Shown one piece after another: positions 1 through 11,674 of a stretch of DNA of 64,000 bases (the first letter of the stretch is position 1; each line of letters starts with the position of its first letter). This DNA is from Octopus sinensis (taxonomy: Eukaryota): assembly GCF_006345805.1 (NCBI RefSeq), contig NC_043003.1, positions 2,604,001-2,668,000 of the forward strand, written 5' to 3'. The position numbers and the translations under genes are program-made. The notes under the pieces are model-generated. The model was not told where the DNA came from. It made no database searches and was given only the letters and a program-made list of their open reading frames with translations.

Positions 1-1
1 A

Positions 2-322
2 GGTTCTGTTAATAGCATCATCGGCTGTGTAGGATTATTACTCAGCCCACATCCCCTGAAATCACTAAACAGCATTGTGAAAATAACATCTAGAATAAGG
101 GTCGCTAATTTCAACGGCAACCCTTCGACTGCGGTCATCTGCTGCTTCAGCCCAACAAACGTCAGCGATGAACAAGAGGTCATAAATTTTTACAATGACC
201 GATCGTCTCTTGTATGATCCATACCAAAACACATCTTCATCATTAGCAGAGAGATGAATCAACAATTAGGCCATGACGATACACATCATAAGTACTCGTT
301 CCAGCACACCTCAAACATCATA
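2..322 (+). mobile_element. Decayed non-LTR retrotransposon (RTE-like) AP-endonuclease fragment
   Basis: Frame from nt 2 reads GCVGLLLSPHPLKSLNSIVKITSRIRVANFNGNPSTAVICCFSPTNVSDEQEVINFYND..*SIPKHIFII..EMNQQLG. This matches the LINE APE pattern (GVG..L / RI....F / YSPT / I.GDMNAQLG) with an in-frame stop. Confidence 0.8.
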
Positions 323-809
323 CATATATAAATAAATGTAGGGATGGTATTATTAAAATACCATCACAAGTGGTAAGCGAATTCTCAGCCGTACAGGCAA
401 ATTAATAAAATATATACATACAATATTAGATATGTACGTATATACACAAGAGTACTACATGAGTACCTATATCGCTAATGATAGAAGTCAAAAAATACTT
501 TGGTACCACCGAATAGTCACAAATCTATTACAGACAAGATAGGAAAAAAATATCAGTGATATATATATGGCAAAAAAGAAAATGGAGAAGATACAAAAAC
601 AACATATATCAGCGGGTAGACATTTGCCGTATAAATTAAGGGGAAACCACTTTTTTACCCCTGCCCATATATAACACTCGATTGTGAGATTGCCACGCAA
701 TAACTATGACTTGGATGTGAATAACTGGGTACACTACTACCAGCAGTATATTGGATAGCTACTATCCCTTGGTTGGTTTCTCAACCTCTAACTCACACAG
801 AAATATATG

Positions 810-987
<178 letters not shown>

Positions 988-1198
988 TGATGATTTCTTA
1001 AGTAACCAGAGGATAGAGTTAATATTAATCCTTATTTTGTACAATGGTTGTTTCAACCCACCCTGCTAGTGTCCCTTATGGGTGGGACTCTGCTCAGCAT
1101 GTTGTGTTGCATCCATTTTATTCCCTCACCAGACAGGCATATAACAACATGATAGCCAAAACTCAGGATCTTTAGCGAGACACTACTTTATATATGGA

Positions 1199-1576
1199 CT
1201 AGCAGTATCGCCTGGCGTTGCTCGGGTTTGTAAGGGAAATAACTATTTATAGCCAAAAAATAGCAAAAAAATGCATTAAAAATGGAAAAAAAATGATGGT
1301 AAACTTTTTTTAATCGTTGACTCATCGTAGACATTTTTAGAGAGTTACTTCCCTTATATAATAGCGAAAAATGCATTAAAATGGAAAAAAATGATGGTAA
1401 ATTTTTTTTTTAAATCGTAGACTCATCGTAGACGCGCACTAATACCCAGAAGGGCTCGATATGAATCACGACTATAAGATACCCTGCTTTGGTTAAACTG
1501 CACCGCAAAATGTGGGAGTAGTTAGGAATCTAAATCGTAGGAGACAGACACACAACCTCACTTTTATATATAAAGA
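1199..1576 (-). mobile_element. Non-autonomous Helitron
   Basis: On the minus strand it starts TC (TCTTTATATATAAAAGTG) and ends CTAG, with a GC-rich subterminal hairpin (CCCGAGCAACGCCAGGCG). It is inserted between A and T with no TSD and has an internal ~65-bp tandem duplication (about 1271-1335 and 1371-1435). Confidence 0.8.
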
Positions 1577-1683
1577 TATACCTGATGAGACCCAGACTGC
1601 AAAATGGATGCAACAAAACATGTTGAAAGGAATCCCACCCCTAAGGGGTCACTTGCAGAATGGGTCGAAACGACCGTTGTACA
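1577..1683 (+). ncRNA. Type I hammerhead-ribozyme-like motif in a Penelope-like fold-back element
   Basis: Layout: TATAC-CTGATGA-GACCCA[branched insert]TGGGTC-GAAA-C-GACC-G-TT-GTACA. Core boxes, a 6-bp stem II, minimal stem III, an NUH triplet (GUU) and a 4/5-bp stem I are all present. Activity is untested. Confidence 0.6.
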
Positions 1684-2148
1684 AAATGAAGATTAATACC
1701 AAAGAAATTATTATTATGATTATCTCAACTAACACTGCGGAGTTCCTGAAGTAGATCCAATGGAAATATAGCCCTGACTGTGGATGACACCAGGTAGCCA
1801 CAAACTGTGACGGTGCTTTACTCAACACTTCAACACACAAATCGACATTTACCCATTAGTCCAAAATATTAAATATATATATATCATCATCATCATCATC
1901 ATCATCATCATTATTAACATTCAAAACACTAACCACTCCAAGAGTGTAATGGGTGCTTTTACGTGCCACTGGCGTGGGTGCCATTTGCATGACACCAAGG
2001 CGCTTTTATGTGCCACCGGCAGGGTACCATTTTACATGGTACTGGTATCTGCCATGACTGCAATTTTGCTCAGCTTGATGGGTCTTCTCAAGCATGACAT
2101 AATGCCATAGTCATTGTCTCCATGAGGTCCACCATTTGAAATATATAC

Positions 2149-2191
<43 letters not shown>

Positions 2192-2590
2192 TGCACACAC
2201 ACACACATACATACATAAACACATGTATACATATACATGGTATTTATATAGAGCATAAAAATTACAGAATACTAAGAAGAGAATAGATAATTTCTTAACT
2301 TTACAGCTGTTTCAGGAAGCTTGTTGTTAGGTTATGTACATGTGACTCTGAGTACCAGACATGCAAAACCCCTTCAATGATGTGTTCTGTACAATGCAGG
2401 ATTTTTCTTTGTCTTTGTTGCACATAAATCACTTTTGTAATCAAAGATTTATTTCATATTTTCATTGCGTTGAGGATAAAAATCTGCAAGCGTAAAAATA
2501 TGTGAAATTTTTGTATTGCAAAAGGATCTTAGCTTCTTTTTGAATTGTTAGCATGCCAAGCAAAATGCTTAGAGGTATTTCATCTGCCTT

Positions 2591-2826
2591 AAGGCAGTGA
2601 GCTAGCAGAAACGTTAGCACGCCGGGCGAAATGCTTAGCGGTATTTCGTCTGCTGCTACGTTCTGAGTTCAAGTTCCGCTGAGGTTGACTTTGCCTTTCA
2701 TCCTTTCGGGGTCAATAAATTAAGTACCAGTTACACACTGGGGTCGATGTAATCGACTTAATCCGTTTGTCTGTCCTTGTTTGTCCTCTCTGTGTTTAGC
2801 CTCTTGTGGGTAGTAAAGAAATAAGT
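2591..2826 (+). mobile_element. tRNA-derived SINE (family B); further copies at about 20228-20445 and 55759-55990
   Basis: GGCGGCGAGCTGGCAGAA head, GTTCTGAGTTCAAATTCC B-box-like segment and shared core GCCTTTCATCCTTTCGGGGTCGATAAAATAAGTACCAG. Multiple similar copies occur in the window. Confidence 0.85.
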
Positions 2827-3001
2827 ATTTCATCTGCCTTCACATTCTGTGTTCAAATTTCGCTGAGATCTACTTTGCCTTGGGGGTTGATAAAATAAGT
2901 ACCAGTTATAGACTGGGGTTGATGTAACTAACTGATCCCCTTCCACAAAACTTCTGGTATTGTGCCCAAATTTGAAACCAATATTATTCCTCTAATTTCA
3001 G

Positions 3002-3181
3002 ACCAAGTCAGACCCAACCAGTTCAATCAACAAAGACTGTGATGTAGAAGGTGGTATACGAAAACGGACTGGAATTTGGTATGCTTGTATTCTGGACAGT
3101 TCTTCCAGAATTGCCTTCCCTTTAATGTTTGCCCTTTTCAATCTAATTTATTGGCCAACTTATCTAGGGAAAACAGACTAA
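3002..3181 (+). CDS. Terminal coding exon (end of M3-M4 loop plus TM4) of a Cys-loop ligand-gated ion channel, anion-selective type (GABA-A/glycine/GluCl-like)
   Basis: Acceptor ctctaatttcAG at 3000-3001. Translation TKSDPTSSINKDCDVEGGIRKRTGIWYACILDSSSRIAFPLMFALFNLIYWPTYLGKTD* contains the D..SR..FP..F..FN..YW TM4 signature. No upstream exons were found in the window. Confidence 0.85.
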   Translation, partial: TKSDPTSSINKDCDVEGGIRKRTGIWYACILDSSSRIAFPLMFALFNLIYWPTYLGKTD

Positions 3182-3210
3182 TTAAATCTTACCCTTCATA
3201 GCATCATTTT

Positions 3211-3216
3211 AATAAA
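3211..3216 (+). promoter_or_regulatory. Candidate polyadenylation signal AATAAA
   Basis: AATAAA lies 30 nt after the channel stop codon. AT-rich context makes a chance match possible. Confidence 0.3.
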
Positions 3217-3800
3217 TTTCTGGACTTCATCCTAAGGATGGGATCTGTCCGGATAATTGGCTGTAAAAATTATATCCAAACCATTGTGCTTTGAAGAACA
3301 TTGTTTCCTCAAGGAAATATTTATTCAATTGTCTCCCAAAAGATTTCTTTGAATTCTTCTATTTTGTCTTCTCATCTTGTGTCTTATTTTCTCTCTTTCA
3401 CAATTACCATATTTCGTGGCATAAAAAAGATGGAATTTGTTGAAGCAGAAGTCGTGTAGCCAGAAGCCCCTTCTGTTGCCAACCTTTACCTGTTTGCAAG
3501 CAAGGTATTATTTCTCCAAAGCTAGACATGTTTTTCACAGAAGACTGAAAGCAAACAATCTTGCTAGTATGATGATGATGATGATACTCATTTACAACTA
3601 TCACAAGATGTCCTGACAACGGTACGCACAAGCGCATATACATGCACTCAAACACACACACTCACTAGATGAACCCTAATTTCAGCTGCACTTATTTGGG
3701 GTAAAACTTTTTGGGGGGTTTAAAGCTGACAGGAAACCCATCTTTGCATACAGGGCTCAGGGTAATTTTTTTGAGACATTATATGCAATTGAATACAGTA

Positions 3801-3855
<55 letters not shown>

Positions 3856-4295
3856 TAAATTAGAGATAAAACCACTATTAGGCAAATGAAACAGTGAAAA
3901 ACATAAACCAAAACATAAAATAAAAATAATTAATATAATATACAAAATATATAAAAAATATCAAATTTTAAATTTAAATTATTTAAATTTAAAATTATTA
4001 AATTATATTTATAAATTTTTATACTTTTAAAAATATTTCTTAAATTTAAATTAATAAATTAAAAGATTTTTTAACTTTTAAACTTTTTTTTATTTAAATA
4101 TTTATATTTATACTGTGAAATTAGATTTAATCCTAAATCTAATTTTTCCTTGTAAGTTTGGATTTACTCCCTAATATTATTATTATTATTATATATATAT
4201 ATACACATACATATATATATAAAAAATGTACTGAACCATGATAGAAAATTCAACAAAAAAGTATTCCATCTGATGAGAGATAAATATTATTTATT

Positions 4296-4500
4296 TAACC
4301 CTTTCGATACCAACCTGGCTGAAACCGGCTCTGGTTCTGTAGCACAAATGTCTTGCTTACATAAGTTCTGAATTAAAATCTTCCACCAAACTTTAGTCAG
4401 AATATATGTTCCTAACATTAGCTTAATGATAACTAAGTTATTTTACTAAATTCCTTTAACATTAATTGAAAAGAAACACAGAGCATCTCAACAGAAATAC
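4296..4500. mobile_element. TTAA-associated piggyBac-like MITE (family 1); related copies at about 43822-44030 and 9162-9350
   Basis: Begins TTAACCCTTT(C/T)(G/A)ATACCAACC. The body is closely similar to 43822-44030. This copy appears interrupted by a CR1-type tail at about 4501-4550. Confidence 0.65.
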
Positions 4501-5416
4501 AGTAATAATAATAATGAAATTATTGTATACAGTGCTCAGGTGCACCACAACATGAAAGAGTTAAAGATCACAATATATGAATTAAAGCGCTACAACTAGT
4601 TTCATGTGTTGAGAAAACCTAAACATATTCTTCAGGTGCAAACCACATATCATATCGAACTAAAGAAATTGAATAACAGAAGCAACGCAAAATACTGAGA
4701 AGGCAGCATATAGAAAATGCAGACAGTAAACAACGGAAAACGAAAAAGAGAAACTAAAACGTAAAAAATAAAAAGTAAAAAGGTAAAAGAGCTATCCTCC
4801 TGAGATGTTAAATGATAAAGCTGGAAAGATATCATATCAGTCAGGAATAGGCAGAATTTTCCAGTTCTTCAAAATACATTTATACATATGCATGCAATCG
4901 CTGAATATTTCTGACCTGGAGTTCAATAGAGAGTTAAGGACCTTAGATCTGAGTTCTTTCAGCCAAGCAAAGTCTACGTTTATTCGATCCATTTACATAA
5001 GGAATGGATTTCTTAATTATTTTCCATTTAATCACATGTAGTGTTTCGTTATCTTCCAAAGTCCACATGTAGCTAACCAACTTAGCAGCTTTATTTTTTG
5101 TCCTTATGTCGGAAGGAGGCTATGTGATTGGCAGAGCGATTTCTTAAATCCTCCTTCACACATAATCCAGGATAGGTCTTCTTATCAGTTGTATTATTAT
5201 TATGTAGGGTTGCAGTAACTTCTGCCTCACATACGATAAATTTAATCTTACATTGCTGGTCAAGTGGACAGAATCATGAGTCACGACAGTTGCAGCTGGA
5301 TTCAGGCTCTTTGGTGTTGACCACGTGTAATGATACTCTTCATATTGGGGGTGTCAGGAAGATGAGTTGGTGGGGGAGAGATTTATCAGGGACAGATTTG
5401 GTGGAGGAGCACAGGC

Positions 5417-5486
<70 letters not shown>

Positions 5487-6465
5487 TCATCATTTAATGC
5501 CCATTTTCCATGCTGGCATGGATGGGTTGGATGGTTTGACAGGAGCTGGCAAACCAGAAGACTGCACCGAACTCTGCTGTCTGCTTCGGCAATGGTTTCT
5601 ATGGCTGGACGCCCATCCTTCCATGCCAACCACTTTACAGAGTAGACTGAGTGCTCTTTATTTGTCACCAGCAAAGTTATTAAGTAATTTGTAAGACAAA
5701 ACCTCTTCAACTTGGGTGGGGTTGGCTTAGGGTGTGACAGTGGGGCAGAAATGGGGGGTTTTGCTGTGGAGGAGATACATGACTACCTCAGTTTGAAAAG
5801 GAGAGGAAAGAGAGAGAGAAGGAAAAGATGGTAAAGAAAATGTATTAGCAGGAGGGGTTTATAAGTGAAGGGGTTCAGAAGATTGGACAGGATGAGCAGA
5901 TGAGTAAGTTTGTGAGAATGGGAAAAGAAAAGGGGAGATGGAAAGAGGGAGGATGCAGTGAGTGACGAACACGGGTGGAGGGGAGGGTATTAGGAAGGTG
6001 CACAGTGGGGCAGGAAAAGGGAGAGATTCATCAGGTGCAAATTTTGCACAGGTAAGTTTGTGAGATTGCAAAAGGGGGCGAAAGGGAAAGACAGTGAATG
6101 GTGAAGATGGGATGAGAAAGTGGTGGGTGTCAAGGAGTTGGTGGGGAGAGATTTGTCAGGGACAGATTTTGTGGAGGGGCATAGGCATGAAGGACATGCC
6201 TTCAGGGCCTCCATTTTACTTAGAGAGATGGGGTTTTCTAAAGCACAGCAAATCCCCAACTGTCCCAGTTCTTTATCCTCTCCTCTGTGAGACTCAACAG
6301 TTGGAGGTCATTTTTCCCACCTTTGTCTTCCTAGGGTTTCCTCTTCCACATTTAGCGACCGGTACTTCTTTATGTGGCTGTCTCCAGCCATTACATCACC
6401 ATACCAATGCAGTCTTACACACTCACACTAAAACTGATCTCTCTCCCTCCTCCTCCCCCTTTCTC

Positions 6466-6507
<42 letters not shown>

Positions 6508-6508
<1 letters not shown>

Positions 6509-6669
6509 TGTATTTTAACATGTATAAGGGAGCCATTTTTGTCAAAAATTAGGTTAAAAAAATATGGGAGTTTCTTATACATGGATAGCATTATAATTCA
6601 CTACAAACCCTTTTTCCCAAATTTTAAGCCCCAAAAATTAGGTGGTTCCTTATACACACTAAAATACGG
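6508..6669. mobile_element. Small MITE with pogo/Tc2-like TIRs
   Basis: TIRs CTGTATTTTAACATGTATAAGGGAGCCA / TGGTTCCTTATACACACTAAAATACGG, with TA on the left flank. Confidence 0.7.
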
Positions 6670-6710
6670 TGTGTGTGTGTATATATATATACATGTATAT
6701 ATATATATAT

Positions 6711-7211
6711 ATAGTGTAATAAATAAAATAAATGCATACATACATATATGTACGTACCTACATCTACATGTATATATATACGTGTGTACAGGACACCACA
6801 AATAGACGTAGAACTCAACAAGAAACGAAAACGTAAAAACAAGCATGGAACGGACATTAATTTACAACGAAAAAACAGAGTACAAGACAAACTACACAAG
6901 GAAAAATCCCCTTCATCAGCTGTCCCTAGTTCAACTCCAGCGTGTTTCTCACCTTCGAAACACGCTGGAGTTGAACTAGGGACAGCTGATGAAGGGGATT
7001 TTTCCTTGTGTAGTTTGTCTTGTACTCTGTGTTTTCGTTGTTAAAAAAAGTCCGTTCCCTTGTTTTTATGTTTTCGTTTCTCGTTGAGTTCTACGTCTAT
7101 TTGTGGTGTCCTGTACACACGTATATTTATATATGCATGTATATATACATGTAGATGTAGGCATGTACATATATGTATGTATGTATGCATGTATTTTATT
7201 TATTACACTAT
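6711..7211. repeat. ~500-bp fold-back (long inverted repeat), Penelope-like remnant
   Basis: Perfect inner arms 6875-6948 / 6957-7030 around an 8-nt spacer, with imperfect outer arms to 6711 and 7211. It contains CAGCTGATGAAGGGGA and CGAAACAC. Confidence 0.9.
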
Positions 7212-7399
7212 TGTATGACTGAGCACCCTCACGTTGATTCGTTTCGTTTCAATTTGTTTCTTTTCCTCCAAGTAAGTTTATATATATATATATATATATC
7301 ACTGTGTAGAGACACGGAAATGAAGAAAATGAAATTAAACTTGTCGCTTAAGTATATTCCACTTATCAACAAAGTTGAGTACATGAAACTCATTACTCA

Positions 7400-7437
<38 letters not shown>

Positions 7438-9816
7438 TGTATTTGATGTCCTAAAAGATGCACAGGCATGTTAGATACACTCCTATTTCAGCATTGCATA
7501 TTCAAGAAAAAGGTTTTTAGTGCTCATGGAAGGCCTAACTTTGCAATAATGAACCGAGGTAATTTTTTGAGACATTTCTTTTTTTTTTTGCAGAAAACAA
7601 TGTGTCTTATATGCCTTCAGATACGGTAATTTCAATTGTATAAAACATGCAGAAAATCCATTGTAAATTTGGAATAAATCACTTGTTGGAACCAGCAAGA
7701 AACTTTCTGATCATACACTGACGTTGTCAATCTTTTACTCTCAATAAAATGCCAGATGTTCTTTGTCCGTAACTTCTGTATTTTAAAGTTGTTTGACTTC
7801 CAGCCCAAGTTGGTAAGTTATTGTTATAGAACTTCAAAACTGTGTTGTGTGACATGTAACAAAGATCTATTTTGGTTTGGTTGACTGGAGAACAAAATTG
7901 TGTGTGAAGTCCAAATGTGAAAATATTCATTTCTTTATTAACACAGATATTGTTTTGCGCTGAGTGGGGGTGCTAGATGCCCTTGTTTGAAAATATAAGG
8001 ACACAGATCGTGTCATATAGCCAGCTGGAGACGATGTCTCCTGAGGCTAAATTACAGCAACATTCGTCCTAACCCAGGACTGCCATGTTATGTTGGCAGA
8101 TAATCTTTACTCCAAGGTACTGGTGCCAGGGGAGGCTGGCAGCGGCCACGATTGGTTGGTGCTATTTACGTGCCACCAGCACGGAAACCAGTCAGGGCAG
8201 TGCTGGCATCGGCCACATTCGGATGGTGTTTTTTATACAAAATATGCAAAAATATGTGATTGGAGTTTGACTGATCTATGTTCAGTTACTGGAGTACCAG
8301 CCAGATTCCAACATGAAGTGTTGATGGGGATATTGCCTGGATTAAGGAAGTTAAGCCATCCACTCAATCTAGTTACCCCACTTGGTATCTGGTACTGAAG
8401 AAGGAACAAATTGCTTGAAATGCATCTACCAGTTCATAGAGGGTGCTCTGAATTGACTCTGATGTTTTTAATACCATTTACCAAGTGAGAATTTTTCCCA
8501 ATGGCAAGCCTCTTTACAGGTCAAATACGTCCCAGACATATTTGAAGGGATCCAAACTTTGACCCCCACCCCTGCTTCATATGTATATACCCACATACAT
8601 ATGAATGCATGTACTTTGTTTTACATTAACTAACAAAGATGTCCATTTCATAAAATGGTTTACTTCCAAATCACTGAATATTTTTGCTTAGCAATTAAGT
8701 TTTAATAATTTTTTTCTATGAATGAAACTTATTTTCAGTAAAAAATACCTTTTAAGCTAATTACAAGAGATTCTAAGTGTTTTCCTTAGAATGAGAATTT
8801 TTGGATATTTTCCAAAATGCATTCTTTTCAGAAAAATCAGTCTTGTCATTTTCTTCAAGCTTCCCTGCATCTCTGAGATTTTAATGGTAAATAAAAAGAT
8901 TCTGATATTTATTCCATACATTTTTGTGGCCTATATTTCCCAGATATTTGTATTGAAGTGTTTTCTTACCTTTTCCCTAGGTATGTACTAATGGGTTTAG
9001 AAAAAAATAATTAGTTTACAAGATGTCAATTTCTCTGTTTTGTATAAGAATGCTTCAACAATTCAGTTTCGTAATTCAGTTTCCATTTACACAGGGAGCA
9101 GTAACACCAGTTCCCTGTACATTTAACGCTTTCATTTTAATTAGATGAGCTATCCTATAATTAACCCTTTCGTTATAATATTTCTGTTGAAATGAGGAAT
9201 TTAGAAAAATAACTTTGAAATTATTCAGCTTCTGTTTGAAACCGAAATTAGCAAGAAATATTGATGGCGGATGTTGAGACCATTTTAAAGCAGCAAAGTT
9301 TTATCAAAGGACTGGGGGTGGCCTCAGGTGGGTTGGTATCAAAAGGATTCAGGGATAATGGGGTATTGTTAATTTTGTACCTTTCCAAGAGGTTTCAATG
9401 ATGTAAATGATGATGACCAACATCAACTGAGATTGAAACCAAGCCACAATGTTCACTTACCAGAAAACTACTTTCTGTCCTTCAGTTCTTACCATAATAT
9501 GGAGTTAATCTATTTTAAATAATATCCACGATAAAGAAAAGACTGGCAGGAAGAGCGGAGGCTTTGTAAAGTGTAATGGGGGAGTTAGGGTTAGGGTTAT
9601 CAACAGAAACAACTAAAGTCTGGTTAATTGCGGTGGTTATGACTACATTATGTAAGATTGGACAAACGTAATTCTCTGAATAAGCTGGCAAGGGAGACAA
9701 CTCTGGACGTTTCTGGATTCTTATGTTCCATCAGTTGATGTCCAGGTCTTACCACTGTTTGCCTTTCGGAAAGCAAAGAGTCTTTTATACAGAAATGTTT
9801 GTGAATAAACATTGAA

Positions 9817-10035
9817 TCATCATCATCATCATCGTTTAACGTCCGTTTTCCATGCTAGCATGGGTTGGACGAACGACTGAGGGCTGGCGAACCAGATGGC
9901 TGCACCAGGCTTCAATCTTGATCTGGCAGAGTTTCTACAGCTGGATGCCCTTCCTAACGCCAACCACTCCGAGAGTGTAGTGGGTGCTTTTAAGTGCCAC
10001 CGGCAAGGGGGCCAGTCAGGTGGTACTGGCAACGA
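9817..10035 (-). mobile_element. SINE-like repeat with (GAT)n tail (family C)
   Basis: Shares CTACAGCTGGATGCCCTTCCTAACGCCAACCACTCC and a CATCATCAT terminus with many copies across the window. Confidence 0.85.
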
Positions 10036-10244
10036 TACTGGAGAATGAGATTAATTTTGTATGTTTTGTTTCAGTTACTGGACTGTGGCCATGCTGGAGT
10101 ACCACCTTGGAGGATTTAGTCAAAAAAAAATGAAACCCAGTATTTATGTATTTTTTAAAATCTAGTCCTTATACTGTTGATCTCTTTTGCTGACGTAAAC
10201 AAACCAACACTGGTTGCCAAGAGGTAAGGAGGATGCACAACGTG

Positions 10245-10572
10245 GAGAATATACTGCCGGCATTGCCCAAATGACTTGAACATTAGCTTCAAGGTTCATC
10301 CAAGGCTGGGACCACGGACCATACGTCCCCTGCCCAATTCAGGATCACAACATATAGGTACACTGCAACAAAATTTCTTTTCTTCAACAGGCCCTGCCCT
10401 GTTCAACATTGTCCCAAAACTGATCAAAGAGGAAAAGGATCCCATCACCTTTAAACGGAGTCTGGACAGATTTCTTCAAGGAATACCAGATAAGCCACCC
10501 ATACCTGGATACAATTCGCTCAACAAGAACTCAGTACATGAATGGGCCATAATACCACAAAACTTGACTTAA
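10245..10572 (+). mobile_element. LINE ORF2 C-terminal fragment (CR1/L2-like)
   Basis: GPALFNIVPKLIKEEKDPITFKRSLDRFLQGIPDKPPIPGY..NSVHEW resembles the post-RT C-terminus of CR1-group LINEs. Confidence 0.75.
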
Positions 10573-10989
10573 AAAGGATTTAGATAATCCTATCAGGTGG
10601 TGCTATTAAGATAGACATGGCCTGGACCAATCTTTGGTTGAAACCTATCTAAGTTTATATACAATGGGCTTCACTGATTGGTCAGCCCAGGGCTGTAGTT
10701 GAAGACACTTACCTGTGGACTGAACCTGAAACCACATGGTTGCAAAGTGAGCTTCTTAACCACACAGCCACGCATTCATAAAGAAAGGATATTCACCTTT
10801 TTTTTTACTTTTTTGGTAGTTTGGATATTTGTGTTGAAGGCTGTTATTTTTCCCCACTCATCAAATGACTTAGGTTTACGTTCAACCATAAATTGGGCTA
10901 AAAAAATGAGCATCATAACACGACTTTCATTAAAATTCAGTTGGTGGTTGATTCTCTTGAGACCCTTATTGTGGAACAAACCATATTTA

Positions 10990-11503
10990 CACGGTGACCC
11001 CAAAACAAAACAGAACCCACAAAAATTTTATTAAATTCAACAAAGGTCCAGCAAATTTCAAGAAACTTGCTGGACTTAAACTTCGGTCTGTGTACAATCA
11101 TTCCCTTTGCATAAGAGTCATGTTCTGCTCAAAATATCCTCCAAATGACAAATGCCGTGCAAAATTGTCAATTACTCGAACACATTCCTCTTTGCAGATT
11201 TCCCTGATTGCTGCCTTCAGTTCACCAATCGTTTGAGGGTTGTTCTGGTAAACATTATCCTTGAGATATCCCTGCAGATAAAAATCTGGCGGGAGGTTCA
11301 AGTCCAGCGAATCTGGTGCCCATTCAATGTCACACTTCCTGCTGATCAGTCTCTCCTGAAATGGCTCTCCCAGCCGGGCTAGGGAGTCATTTGATGCAAG
11401 AGTGTGGCCTGGTCTTGCTGGAACCACTGTTCATCTCAATCTAACCCTCTGCGTTGTTTTATTCAAAGATTTGTGGGTTCTGTTTTTTGTGGGGGTCACC
11501 TTG
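10990..11503 (-). mobile_element. Internally deleted Tc1/mariner-superfamily transposon with both TIRs
   Basis: TA-flanked TIRs CA(C/A)GGTGACCCC..AACAGAACCCACAAA. The minus strand encodes WFQQD / ..RLISRKCDIEWAPDSLDLNLPPDFYLQGYLKDNVYQNNPQTIGELKAAI (DDD catalytic C-half), frameshifted. Confidence 0.9.
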
Positions 11504-11674
11504 TATTTAATAAACCTTCATCCACTGCAAACATTTTGTCCTCAATAACAAAGAGACGTGTTTTGAAGATGGCATCACTGAAATTTATTTACAATCACCA
11601 GTTGGGGCTCCTCTCTAAATTTTAACCCCAAATCATCACAAGATGACGGTCCATGTTTTCAACAGAACCTTAAA

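Noticed and set aside
9585-9598. TTAGGGTTAGGGTT telomere-like motif
   Set aside because: Only about two units, so expected by chance.
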